Shown here: piece after piece, positions 12,953 to 30,200 of the stretch
Position numbering within the stretch: the stretch's first letter is position 1
How the letters are laid out: each line of letters begins with the position of its first letter
Position numbers and translations under genes: made by a program
Notes under the pieces: generated by a model
Database searches by the model: none
The model's input: only the letters and a program-made list of their open reading frames with translations
What the model was told of the DNA's origin: nothing
Source of the DNA: Eledone cirrhosa
Taxonomy: Eukaryota
Length of the DNA: 64,000 bases
NCBI GenBank assembly: GCA_964016885.1
Contig: OZ024741.1
Coordinates: forward strand, 180,048,001-180,112,000
Reading direction: 5' to 3'

Positions 12953-12995
12953 AACATTTATGTAATTATATTGAAGAAATAAATTTTTAAAATAC

Positions 12996-13581
12996 CATTC
13001 TGATCTTTAATCACATCCACATGTGACCATTCAACATAATCTATGAGATTTCTCTTGTGCAAACTATTAATTCATCAGAACGCCAACTTCCCAGTTTGTA
13101 TGATTGTTCATGCATCCGGCAATTCTAATATATTTGACATACCAGGCCTGGACCGACCCATTGAAGGTAACAACGGGACCACTACTTATTTATAAACACT
13201 GCAGATGTCTCTCGCATTCCAATATGTTTTGATAGTACCTACCTTGCTTTCGGTAAGGGATTGGGGAGCCCGTGGTGTCGCCAGCCGACTTGCGTACTTT
13301 TTTAGGAGGGCAACAAGAAGAAGAAGAAGAAGAAGAAGAAGAAGAAGAAGAAGAAGAAGAAGAAGAAGAAGAAGAAGAAGAAGAAGAAGAAGAAGAAGAA
13401 GAAGGACGATGATGATGATGAAAAAGAAGAAGAAGAAGAAGAAGAAGATAATGATGAAGAAGAAAAAAAGAAGGAAAAGAAGAAAAAGAAGAAAAAGAAG
13501 AAAAAGAAGAAAAAGAAAAAAAAGAAAAAAAAGAAGAAATAGAAGAAAAAGAAGAAAAAAATGAAGAAGAAGAAGAAGGAC

Positions 13582-13629
<48 letters not shown>

Positions 13630-14320
13630 GAAGAAGAAGAAGAAGAAGAAGAAGAAGAAGAAGAAGAAGAAGAAGAAAGACGATGATGATGATGAAAAAG
13701 AAGAAAGACGATGATGAAGAAGAAGAAGAAGAAGAAGAAGAAGAAGAAGAAGAAGAAGAAGAAGAAGAAGAAGAAGAAAGACGATGATGATGATGAAAAA
13801 GAAGAAGAAGAAGAAGAAGAAGAAGAAGAAGATAATGATGAAGAAGAAGAAAAAAAGAAGGAAAAGAAGAAAACGAAGAAAAAGAAGAAAAAGAAGAAAT
13901 AGAAGAAAAAGAAGAAAAAAATGAAGAAGAAGAAGGACGATGATGATGATGAAGAAGAAGAAGAAGAAGAAGAAGAAGAAGAAGAAGAAAGACGATGATG
14001 ATGATGAAAAAGAAGAAAGACGATGATGAAGAAGAAGAAGAAGACGAAGAAGAAGAAGAAGAAAAAGAAGAAATAGAAGAAAAAGAAGAAAAAAATGAAG
14101 AAGAAGAAAGACGATGATGATGATGAAAAAGAAGAAGAAGAAGAAGAAGAAGAAGAAGAAGAAGAAGAAGAAGAAGAAAATTATCTTATCTACTTCAACT
14201 CGGTGCCATTGAAGTCCAGGGACATTTTTTAAAATAGAAAATAAAGGAATCTTGGCCTGGATTCTAGATGGTTCTAACATTTCTTTACAATCCAGTAAAT
14301 GGCAGTCAAACATTCTGGAT
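12996..14320 (-). pseudogene. Candidate exon split by a ~1-kb insertion
   Basis: Acceptor TTGATTTCAG at 14321; removing 13190-14184 rejoins the frame (..HRVEVDKI/SSGPVVTFNG..). Confidence 0.45.
13190..14180 (+). mobile_element. Short retro-insertion with expanded (GAA)/(GAT) tail
   Basis: ~125-bp unique head, ~860-bp purine tail with repeated submodules, TTAT on both flanks. Confidence 0.55.
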
Positions 14321-14454
14321 CTGAAATCAACTTTGAAAATGAGTATTTGAAATGTCAGATTAATTAAATGAAAGCCAGTTTAACAGATTTTAATGAGGAA
14401 AATATATTACTTGAGTTGAATTAGTGTGTGTAAGGAAGGGGTGTATGTGTAGAG

Positions 14455-14683
14455 GTGTGGTGGTGGTGCTGGGGAAGACAGTGGTAGTGAGTGGTTGTGG
14501 TGGAGATGGCGGCCGCATCGACGGTGGTGCTGGTGGTGATGGTGCTGGTGCTGGTGGTGGTGTTGGTGTTGTTGGTGGTGGTGGTGGTGCTACTACTGCT
14601 GCTACTACTACTACTACTACTACTACTGCTGCTGCTGTTGCTGCTGCTGTTGCTACTACTACTAATACTAATGCTGCTGCTAT

Positions 14684-14739
<56 letters not shown>

Positions 14740-15180
14740 AAACAACCACCACCACCACCATCACCACAACCACCACCACCACCACCACCACCACCATCAC
14801 CACAACAACCACCATCATCACAACCACAACCACCACCACCATCACCACCACCACAACCACCACCACCATCACCACCACCACCAACACCACCACCACCACC
14901 ACCACCACCACAACCACCACCAAAACTACTCACCCCCCCCCCCCCAATCACCTACCACCAGTAACCCCCCCCCTCACCAACCACCCCCACCCCCCTCAAC
15001 CTCAACCTCTACGAGTACCCCCATCACCACCACCACCAACACCACCACCACCACCCCCACCACCACCACAACCACCTCCAAAACTATTCACCCCCCCATC
15101 ACCTACCACCAGTACCCCCCCCTCTCAACCTCAACCTCTACGAGTACCCCCATCACCACCACCACCACCACCCACTCTAC
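14455..15180. repeat. Trinucleotide mosaic (GGT)/(ACT)/(ACC)
   Basis: Directly visible. Confidence 0.9.
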
Positions 15181-15554
15181 TACAAAGGCAATCACATCAA
15201 CGCCGATAACGCAGACTACGACGACGATAACGATGGGTTGGCTGAAAAGATTTTTACATAAGAAAAAGAAGACGGCGTGTTATGTAAACTTAAAAGTGGG
15301 CTATAAAGTCGTTTTAAAACACAGAACACGGAGAGCAGAGCACAGCACAACAACACAACAACAGTGTAAAGACAACACAACACAATAATACAGCACAACA
15401 ACACAACAACACAACAACACAACAGCAAATACCGTACAGCACAGTTGGTGATGGTTTATTTTAACTCCGCCCACTTTTCGAACTTGGCAAATTCTTTACA
15501 ACGAACGAACGAAAATCTAGTTCACTTTATTCCTTTGTCTTATAATAAAAAAAA

Positions 15555-19900
<4,346 letters not shown>

Positions 19901-20251
19901 AGGATAGGTACATAAAGAGCTTGATATAATGTTTATACGACTACACCTTCATACAATGACATACACACGCGCGCACACATATATACACGGGCTATATAGA
20001 TATATGAGATTGGAAGCTATTAAATTAATGCTTAGATAGATCCATTGAAGTGAGGGGTGTGAGAGGGGGGAAGAGGGATCCATTGAGGTGGGATCCATTG
20101 AGAGAAAGATTCATTAAAGTGGTGGTGGTCGTGGTGGGAGAATCCATTGAGGTGGGTCCATTTAAAATAAGATTACTTTTGGTATAAACGCCTTTCAGAA
20201 AAGCGACCTCTAGATGAAGTCGCTCTTAGCCTCATTGTATTTATTATATCA

Positions 20252-20256
20252 CTGCT

Positions 20257-20288
<32 letters not shown>

Positions 20289-20465
20289 TGCTGTTGTTGT
20301 TGTTGTTACTGCTGCTGCTGCTGTTGCTGTTGTTGTTCTTCTTACTGTTGATGTTGTTGTTGTTGTTGTTGTTGCTGCTGCTACTGTTGTTGTTGTTGTT
20401 GTTGTTGCTGTTGCTGCTGTTGCTGCTGTTGTTGTTGTTGTTGTTGCTGTTGTTGCTGCTGTTGC

Positions 20466-20496
<31 letters not shown>

Positions 20497-20810
20497 GCTG
20501 TTGTTGTTGTTGCTGTTGTTGTTACTGTTGATGCTGCTGCTGCTGTTGTGGCTGCTGTTGCTGCTGCTGCTGTGTTGTTGTTGCTGTTGTTGTTACTGTT
20601 GATGCTGCTGTTGTTGTTACTGTTGATGCTGCTGTTGTTGCTGTTGATGCTGCTGTTGTTGTTACTGTTGATGCTGCTGTTGCTGCTGCTGTTGCTGCTG
20701 TTGTTGCTGTTGTTGCTGTTGTTGTTACTGTTGATGCTGCTGCTGTGTTGCTGTTGGTGCTACTGCTGCTGCTGCTGTTATGTTGTTGTTGTTGTTGTTG
20801 TTACTGTGGG

Positions 20811-20863
<53 letters not shown>

Positions 20864-20978
20864 TTGCAGTTGTTGTTGTTGTTGTTGTTACAGTTGTTGT
20901 TGCTGTTGTTATTGCTACCGCTCTTGTTGCTGCTGTTGCTGCTGCAATTGTAGTTGTTGCTGTTGTTGATGTTCTTAC

Positions 20979-21012
<34 letters not shown>

Positions 21013-21181
21013 ACTGTTGCTGCTGTTGCTGTTTCTCCTGCTGTTGCTCCTGCTGCTGCTGTGTTGTTACTGTTGTTGTTGTTGTTGTTGCTGTTGCTGC
21101 TGTTGCTGCTGCGTTTCTCCTGCTGTTGCTCCTGCTGCTGCTGCTGTGTTGTTACTGTTGTTGCTTCTGACGTTCTATTGG

Positions 21182-21212
<31 letters not shown>

Positions 21213-21245
21213 CTTATTCTTATTGCTGCTTGATATTGATGATGA
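20252..21245. repeat. (GTT)/(GCT) trinucleotide mosaic
   Basis: Directly visible. Confidence 0.92.
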
Positions 21246-21249
21246 CCGT

Positions 21250-24200
21250 GGTGTTGGTGTTGGTTGTAGTACTGGTGGTGGTAGTGGTGTTAGTGTTGGT
21301 GTTGGTTGTAGTACTGGTGGTGGTAGTGGTGTTAGTGTTGGTGTTGGTTGTAGTACTGGTGGTGGTAGTGGTGTTAGTGTTGGTGTCGGTTGTAGTACTG
21401 GTGGTGGTAGTGGCGTTAGTGTTGGTGTTGGTTGTAGTACTGGTGGTGGTAGTGGCGTTAGTGTTGGTATTGGTTGTAGTACTGGTGGTGGTAGTGATGT
21501 TAGTGTTGATGTTGGTTGTAGTACTGGTGGTGGTAGTGGTGTTAGTGTTGGTGTTGGTTGTAGTACTGGTGGTGGTAGTGGTGTTAGTGTTGGTGTTGGT
21601 TGTAGTACTGGTGGTGGTAGTGGTGTTAGTGTTGGTGTTGGTTGTAGTACTGGTGGTGGTAGTGGTGTTAGTGTTGGTGTTGGTTGTAGTACTGGTGGTG
21701 GTAGTAATGTTAGTGTTGGTGTTGGTTGTAGTACTGGTGGTGGTAGTGGTGTTAGTGTTGGTGTTGGTTGTAGTACCGGTGGTGGTAGTGGTGTTAGTGT
21801 TGGTGTTGGTTGTAGTACTGGTGGTGGTAGTGGTGTTAGTGTTGGTGTTGCTTGTAGTACTGGTGGTGGTAGTGGTGTTAGTGTTGGTGTTGGTTGTAGA
21901 ACTGGTGGTGGTAGTGGTGTTAGTGTTGGTGTTGGTTGTAGTACTGGTGGTGGTAGTGGTGTTAGTGTTGGTGTTGGTTGTAGTACTGGTGGTGGTAGTG
22001 ATGTTAGTGTTGGTGTTGGTTGTAGTACTGGTGGTGGTAGTGATGTTAGTGTTGGTGTTGGTTGTAGTACTGGTGGTGGTAGTGGTGTTAGTGTTGGTGT
22101 TGGTTGTAGTACTGGTGGTGGTAGTGGTGTTAGTGTTGGTGTTGGTTGTAGTACTGGTGGTGGTAGTGGTGTTAGTGTTGGTGTTGGTGGTAGTACTGGT
22201 GGTGGTAGTGGTGTTAGTGTTGGTGTTGGTTGTAGTACTGGTGGTGGTAGTGGTGTTAGTGTTGGTGTTGGTTGTAGTACTGGTGGTGGTAGTGGTGTTA
22301 GTGGTGGTGTTGGTTGTAGTACTGGTGGTTGTAGTGATGTTAGTGTTGGTGTTGGTTGTAGTACTGGTGGTGGTAGTGGTGTTAGTGTTGGTGTTGGTTG
22401 TAGTACTGGTGGTGGTAGTGGTGTTAGTGTTGGTGTTGGTTGTAGTACTGGTGGTGGTAGTGGTGTTAGTGGTGGTGTTGGTTGTAGTACTGGTGGTGGT
22501 AGTGATGTTAGTGTTGGTGTTGGTTGTAGTATTGGTGGTGGTAGTGATGTTAGTGTTGGTGTTGGTTGTAGTACTGGTGGTGGTAGTGGTGTTAGTGTTG
22601 GTGTTGTTTGTAGTACTGGTGGTGGTAGTGATGTTAGTGTTGGTGTTGGTTGTAGTACTGGTGGTGGTAGTGATGTTAGTGTTGGTGTTGGTTGTAGTAC
22701 TGGTGGTGGTAGTGATGTTAGTGTTGGTGTTGGTTGTAGTACTGGTGGTGGTAGTGATGTTAGTGTTGGTGTTGGTTGTAGTACTGGTGGTGGTAGTGGT
22801 GTTAGTGTTGGTGTTGGTTGTAGTACTGGTGGTGGTAGTGATGTTAGTGTTGGTGTTGGTTGTAGTACTGGTGGTGGTAGTGATGTTAGTGTTGGTGTTG
22901 GTTGTAGTACTGGTGGTGGTAGTGATGTTAGTGTTGGTGTTGGTTGTAGTACTGGTGGTGGTAGTGATGTTAGTGTTGGTGTTGGTTGTAGTACTGGTGG
23001 TGGTAGTGATGTTAGTGGTGGTGTTGGTTGTAGTACTGGTGGTGGTAGTGGTGTTAGTGTTGGTGTTGGTTGTAGTACTGGGGGTGGTAGTGATGTTAGT
23101 GTTGGTGTTGGTTGTAGTACTGGTGGTGGTAGTGATGTTAGTGTTGGTGTTGGTTGTAGTACTGGTGGTGGTAGTGATGTTAGTGTTGGTGTTGGTTGTA
23201 GTACTGGTGGTGGTAGTGATGTTAGTGTTGGTGTTGGTTGTGGTACTGGTCGTGGTAGTGATGTTAGTGTTGGTGTTGGTTGTAGTACTGGTGGTGGTAG
23301 TGGTGTTAGTGGTGGTGTTGGTTGTAGTATTGGTGGTGGTAGTGATGTTAGTGTTGGTGTTGGTTGTAGTACTGGTGGTGGTAGTGATGTTAGTGTTGGT
23401 GTTGGTTGTAGTACTGGTGGTGGTAGTGATGTTAGTGTTGGTGTTGGTTGTAGTACTGGTGGTGGTAGTGATGTTAGTGTTGGTGTTGGTTGTAGTACTG
23501 GTGGTGGTAGTGGTGTTAGTGGTGGTAATGGTTGTAGTACTGGTGGTGGTAGTGGTGTTAGTGGTGGTGTTGGTTGTAGTACTGGTGGTGGTAGTGGTGT
23601 TAGTGGTGGTGTTGGTTGTAGTACTGGTGGTGGTAGTGGTGTTAGTGGTGGTAATGGTTGTAGTACTGGTGGTGGTAGTGGTGTTAGTGGTGGTAATGGT
23701 TGTAGTACTGGTGGTGGTAGTGGTGTTGGCGGTGGTAATGGTTGTAGTACTGGTGGTGGTAGTGGTGTTAGTGGTGGTGTTGGTTGTAGTACTGGTGGTG
23801 GTAGTGGTGTTAGTGGTGGTGTTGGTTGTAGTACTGGTGGTGGCAGTGGTGTTAGTGGTGGTAATGGTTGTAGTACTGGTGGTGGTAGTGGTGTTAGTGG
23901 TGGTAATGGTTGTAGTACTGGTGGTGGTAGTGGTGTTAGTGGTGGTAATGGTTGTAGTACTGGTGGTGGTAGTGATGGTAGTGTTGGTGTTGGTTGTAGT
24001 ACTGGTGGTGGTAGTGGTGTTAGTGGTGGTAATGGTTGTAGTACTGGTGGTGGTAGTGGTGTTAGTGGTGGTGTTGGTTGTAGTACTGGTGGTGGTAGTG
24101 GTGTTAGTGTTGGTGTTGGTTGTAGTACTGGTGGTGGTAGTGGTGTTAGTGATGGTAATGGTTGTAGTACTGGTTGTGGTAGTGGTGTTGGTGTTGATTG

Positions 24201-27200
24201 TAGTACTGGTGGTGGTAGTGGTGTTAGTGTTGGTGTTGGTTGTAGTACTGGTGGTGGTAGTGATGTTGGTGTTGGTTGTAGTACTGGTGGTGGTAGTGAT
24301 GTTAGTGTTGGTGTTGGTTGTAGTACTGGTGGTGGTAGTGATGTTAGTGTTGGTGTTGGTTGTAGTACTGGTGGTGGTAGTGGTGTTAGTGGTGGTGTTG
24401 GTTGTAGTATTGGTGGTGGTAGTGATGTTAGTGTTGGTGTTGGTTGTAGTACTGGTGGTGGTAGTGATGTTAGTGTTGGTGTTGGTTGTAGTACTGGTGG
24501 TGGTAGTGATGATAGTGTTGGTGTTGGTTGTAGTACTGGTGGTGGTAGTGGTGTTAGTGGTGGTGTTGGTTGTAGTACTGTTGGTGGTAGTGATGTTAGT
24601 GTTGGTGTTGGTTGTAGTACTGGTGGTGGTAGTGATGTTAGTGTTGGTATTGGTTGTAGTTCTGGTGGTGGTAGTGGTGTTAGTGGTGGTGTTGGTTGTA
24701 GTACTGGTGGTGGTAGTGATGTTAGTGTTGGTGTTGGTTGTTGTACTGGTGGTGGTAGTGATGTTAGTGGTGGTGTTGGTTGTAGTACTGGTGGTGGTAG
24801 TGGTGTTAGTGTTGGTGTTGGTTGTAGTAATGGGGGTGGTAGTGATGTTAGTGTCGGTGTTGGTTGTAGTACTGGAGGTGGTAGTGATGTTAGTGTCGGT
24901 GTTGGTTGTAGTACTGGTGGTGGTAGTGATGTTAGTGTTGGTGTTGGTTGTAGTACTGGTGGTAGTGATGTTAGTGGTGGTGTTGGTTGTAGTACTGGTG
25001 GTGGTAGTGGTGTTAGTGTTGGTGTTGGTTGTAGTACTGGGGGTGGTAGTGATGTTAGTGTCGGTGTTGGTTGTAGTACTGGGGGTGGTAGTGATGTTAG
25101 TGTCGGTGTTGGTTGTAGTACTGGTGGTGGTAGTGATGTTAGTGTTGGTGTTGGTTGTAGTACTGGTGGTGGTAGTGATGTTAGTGTTGGTGTTGTTTGT
25201 AGTACTGGTGGTGGTAGTGATGTTAGTGTTGGTGTTGGTTGTAGTACTGGTCGTGGTAGTGATGTTAGTGTTGGTGTTGGTTGTAGTACTGGTGGTGGTA
25301 GTGGTGTTATCGGTGGTGTTGGTTGTAGTATTGGTGGTGGTAGTGATATTAGTGGTGGTAATGGTTGTAGTACTGGTGGTGGTAGTGGTGTTAGTGGTGG
25401 TGTTGGTTGTAGTACTGGTGGTGGTAGTGGTGTTGGTGGTGGTGTTGGTTGTAGTATTGGTGGTGGTAGTGGTGTTAGTGGTGGTAATGGTTGTAGTACT
25501 GGTGGTGGTAGTGGTGTTAGTGGTGGTAATGGTTGTAGTACTGGTGGTGGTAGTGGTGTTAGCGGTGGTAATGGTTGTAGTACTGGTGGTGGTAGTGGTG
25601 TTAGTGGTGGTGTTGGTTGTAGTACTGGTGGTGGTAGTGGTGTTAGGGGTGGTGTTGGTTGTAGTACTGGTGGTGGCAGTGGTGTTAGTGTTGGTGTTGG
25701 TTGTAGTACTGGTGGTGGTAGTGGTGTTAGTGGTGGTAATGGTTGTAGTACTGGTGGTGGTAGTGGTGTTAGTGGTGGTAATGGTTGTAGTACTGGTGGT
25801 GGTAGTGATGGTAGTGTTGGTGTTGGTTGTAGTACTGGTGGTGGTAGTGGTGTTAGTGGTGGTAATGGTTGTAGTACTGGTGGTGGTAGTGGTGGTGTTG
25901 GTTGTAGTACTGGTGGTGGTAGTGGTGTTAGTGGTGGTATTGGTTGTAGAACTAGTGCTGGTAGTGGTGTTAGTGGTGGTAATGGTTGTAGTACTGGTGG
26001 TGGTAGTGGTGTTAGTGGTGGTAATGGTTGTAGTACTGGTGGTGGTAGTGGTGTTAGTGATGGTAATGGTTGTTGTACTGGTGGTGGTAGTGGTGTTGGT
26101 GTTGATTGTAGTACTGGTGGTGGTAGTGGTGTTAGTGGTGGTAATGGTTGTAGTACTGGTGGTGGTAGTGGTGTTAGTGGTCGTAATGGTTGTTATACTG
26201 GTGGTGGTAGTGGTGTTAGTGGTGGTAATGGTTGTTATACTGGTGCTGGTAGTGGTGTTAGTGGTGGTAATGGTTGTAGTACTGGTGGTGGTAATGGTGT
26301 TAGTAGTGGTGTTGGTTGTAGTACTGGTGGTGGTAGTGGTGTTAGTGGTGGTGTTGGTTGTAGTACTGGTGGTGGTAGTGGTGTTAGTGTTGGTGTTGAT
26401 TGTAGTACTAGTGGTGGTAGTGGTGTTAGTGATGGTAATCTTTGTAGTACTGGTGGTGGTAGTGGTGTTAGTGTTGGTGTTGGTTGTAGTACTGGTGGTT
26501 GTAGTGGTGTCAGTGGTGGAAATGGTTGTAGTACTGGTGGTGGTAGTGGTGTTAGTGGTGGTGTTGGTTGTAGTACTGTGGTGGTAGTGGTGTTAGTGTT
26601 GGTGTTGGTTGTAGTACTGGTGGTGGTAGTGGTGTTAGTGGTGGTAATGGTTGTAGTACTGGTGGTGGTAGTGGTGTTAGTGGTGGTGTTGGTTGTAGTA
26701 CTGGTGGTCGTAGTGGTGTCAGTGGTGGTAATGGTTGTAGTACTGGTGGTGGTAGTGGTGTTAGTGTTGGTGATGGTTGTAGTACTGGTGGTGGTAGTGG
26801 TGTTAGTGGTGGTGTTGGTTGTAGTACTGGTGGTGGTAGTGGTGGTAGTGTTGGTGTTAGTTGTAGTACTGGTGGTGGTAGTGGTGTTAGTGGTGCTAAT
26901 GGTTGTAGTACTGGTGGTGGTAGTGGTGTTAGTGGTGGTGTTGGTTGTAGTACTGGTGGTGGTAGTGGTGTTAGTGTTGGTGTTGGTTGTAGTACTGGTG
27001 GTGGTAGTGGTGTTAGTGATGGTAATGGTTGTAGTACTGGTGGTGGTAGTGGTGTTATTGTTGGTGTTGGTTGTAGTACTGGTGGTGGTAGTGGTGTCAG
27101 TGGTGGTAATGGTTGTAGTACTGGTGGTGGTAGTGGTGTTAGTGTTGGTGTTGGTTGTAGTACTGGTGGTGGTAGTGGTGTTAGTGTTGGTGTTGGTTGT

Positions 27201-30200
27201 AGTACTGGTGGTGGTAGTGGTGTTAGTGGTGGTGTTGGTTGTAGTACTGGTGGTGGTAGTGGTGTTAGTATTGGTGTTGGTTGTAGTACTGGTGGTGGTA
27301 GTGGTGTTAGTGGTGGTAATGTTTGTAGTACTGGTGGTGGTAGTGGTGTTAGTGGTGGTAATTGTTGTAGTACTGGTGGTGGTAGCGGTGTTAGTGTTGG
27401 TGTTGGTTGTAGTACTGGTGGTGGTAGTTGTGTTAGTGGTGGTAATGGTTGTAGTACTGGTGGTGGTAGTGGTGTTAGTGGTGGTAATGGTTGTAGTACT
27501 AGTGGTGGTAGTGGTGTTAGTGGTGGTAATAGTTGTAGTAATGGTGGTGGTAGTGGTGTCAGTGGTGGTAATGGTTGTAGTACTGGTGGTGGTAGTGGTG
27601 TCAGTGGTGGTTATGGTTGTAGTACTGGTGGTGGTAGTGGTGTTAGTGGTGGTAATGGTTGTAGTACTGGTGGTGGTAGTGGTGCTAGTGGTGGTAATGG
27701 TTGTAGTACTGGTGGTGGTAGTGGTGTTAGTGATGGTAATGGTTGTAGTACTAGTGGTGGTAGTGGTGTTAGTGATGGTAATGGTTGTAGTACTGGTGGT
27801 GGTAGTGGTGTTAGTGGTGGTAATGGTTGTAGTACTGGTGGTGGTAGTGGTGTTAGTGATGGTAATGGTTGTAGTACTAGTGGTGGTAATGGTGTTAGTG
27901 ATGGTAATGGTTGTAGTACTGGCGGTGGTAGTGGTATTAGTGGTCGTAATGGTTGTAGTACTGGTGGTGGTAGTGGTGTTAGTGGTGGAAATGGTTGTAG
28001 TACTGGTGGTGGTAGTGGTGTTGGTGTTGGTTGTAGTACTGGTGGTGGTAGTGGTGTTAGTGGTGGTAATGGTTGTAGTACTAGTGCTGGTAGTGGTGTT
28101 AGTGGTGGTAATGGTTGTAGTACTGGTGGTGGTAGTGGTGTTAGTGTTGGTGTTGGTTGTAGTACTGGTGGTGGTAGTGGTGTTAGTGGTGGTAATGGTT
28201 GTAGTACTGGTGGTGGTAGTGGTGTTAGTGTTGGTGTTGGTTGTAGTACTGGTGGTGGTAGTGGTGTTAGTGGTGGTAATGGTTGTAGTACTGGTGGTGG
28301 TAATGGTGTTAGTGGTGGTAATGGTTGTAGTACTGGTGGTGGTAGTGGTGTTAGTGTTGGTGTTGGTTGTAGAACTGGTGGTGGTAGTGGTGTTAGTGGT
28401 GGTAATGGTTGTAGTACTGGTGGTGTTAGTGGTGTTAGTGGTGGTGTTGGTTGTAGTACTGGTGGTGGTAGTGGTGTTAGTGTTGGTGTTGGTTGTAGTA
28501 CTGGTGGTGGTAGTGGTGTTAGTGTTGGTGTTGGTTGTAGTACTGGTGGTGGTAGTGGTGTTAGTGGTGGTGTTGGTTGTAGTACTGGTGGTGGTAGTGG
28601 TGTTAGTGTTGGTGTTGGTTGTAGTACTGGTGGTGGTAGTGGTGTTAGTGGTGGTAATGGTTGTAGTACTGGTGGTGGTAGTGGTGTTAGTGATGGTAAT
28701 GGTTGTAGTACTAGTGGTGGTAGTGGTGTTAGTGATGGTAATGGTTGTAGTACTGGTGGTGGTAGTGGTGTTAGTGGTGGTAATGGTTGTAGTACTGGTG
28801 GTGGTAGTGGTGTTAGTGATGGTAATGGTTGTAGTACTAGTGGTGGTAATGGTGTTAGTGATGGTAATGGTTGTAGTACTGGTGGTGGTAGTGGTGTTAG
28901 TGGTGGTAATGGTTGTAGTACTGGTGGTGGTAGTGGTGTTAGTGATGGTAATGGTTGTAGTACTGGTGGTGGTAGTGGTGTTAGTGATGGTAATGGTTGT
29001 AGTACTGGTGGTGGTAGTGGTGTTAGTGATGGTAATGGTTGTAGTAATGGTGGTGGTAGTGGTGTCAGTGGTGGTAATGGTTGTAGTACTGGTGGTGGTA
29101 GTGGTGTCAGTGGTGGTGATGGTTGTAGTACTGTTGGTGGTAGTGGTGTTAGTGATGGTAATGGTTGTAGTACTAGTGGTGGTAGTGATGTTAGTGATGG
29201 TAATGGTTGTAGTACTTGGGGTGGTAGTGGTGTTAGTGATGGTAATGGTTGTAGTACTAGTGGTGGTAGTGGTGTTAGTGATGGTAATGGTTGTAGTACT
29301 GGTGGTGGTAGTGGTGTTAGTGTTGGTGTTGGTTGTAGTACTGGTGGTGGCAGTGGTGTTAGTGGTGGTAATGGTTGTAGTACTGGTGGTGGTAGTGGTG
29401 TTAGTGATGGTAATGGTTGTAGTACTAGTGGTGGTAGTGGTGTTAGTGATGGTAATGGTTGTAGTACTGTTCGTGGTAGTGGTGTTAGTGGTGGTAATGG
29501 TTGTAGTACTGGTGGTGGTAGTGGTGTTAGTGATGGTAATGGTTGTAGTACTAGTGGTGGTAGTGATGTTAGTGATGGTAATGGTTGTAGTACTGGTGGT
29601 GTTAGTGGTGTTAGTGGTCGTAATGGTTGTAGTACTGGTGGTGGTGGTAGTGGTGTTAGTGGTGGTAATGGTTGTAGTACTGGTGGTGGTAGTGGTGTTG
29701 GTGTTGGTTGTAGTACTGGTGGTGGTAGTGGTGTTAGTGGTGGTAATGGTTGTAGTACTAGTGCTGGTAGTGGTGTTAGTGGTGGTAATGGTTGTAGTAC
29801 TGGTGGTGGTAGTGGTGTTGGTGTTGGTTGTAGTACTGGTGGTGGTAGTGGTGTTAGTGGTGGTAATGGTTGTAGTACTGGTGGTGGTAGTGGTGTTGGT
29901 GTTGGTTGTAGTACTGGTGGTGGTAGTGGTGTTAGTGGTGGTAATGGTTGTAGTACTTGTGGTGGTAGTAGTGTTAGTGGTGGTAATGGTTGTAGTACTG
30001 GTGGTGGTAGTGGTGTTAGTGTTGGTGTTGGTTGTAGTACTGGTGGTGGTAGTGGTGTTAGTGGTGGTAATGGTTGTAGTACTGGTGGTGTTAGTGGTGT
30101 TAGTGGTGGTGTTGGTTGTAGTACTGGTGGTGGTAGTGGTGTTAGTGTTGGTGTTGGTTGTAGTACTGGTGGTGGTAGTGGTGTTAGTGTTGGTGTTGGT

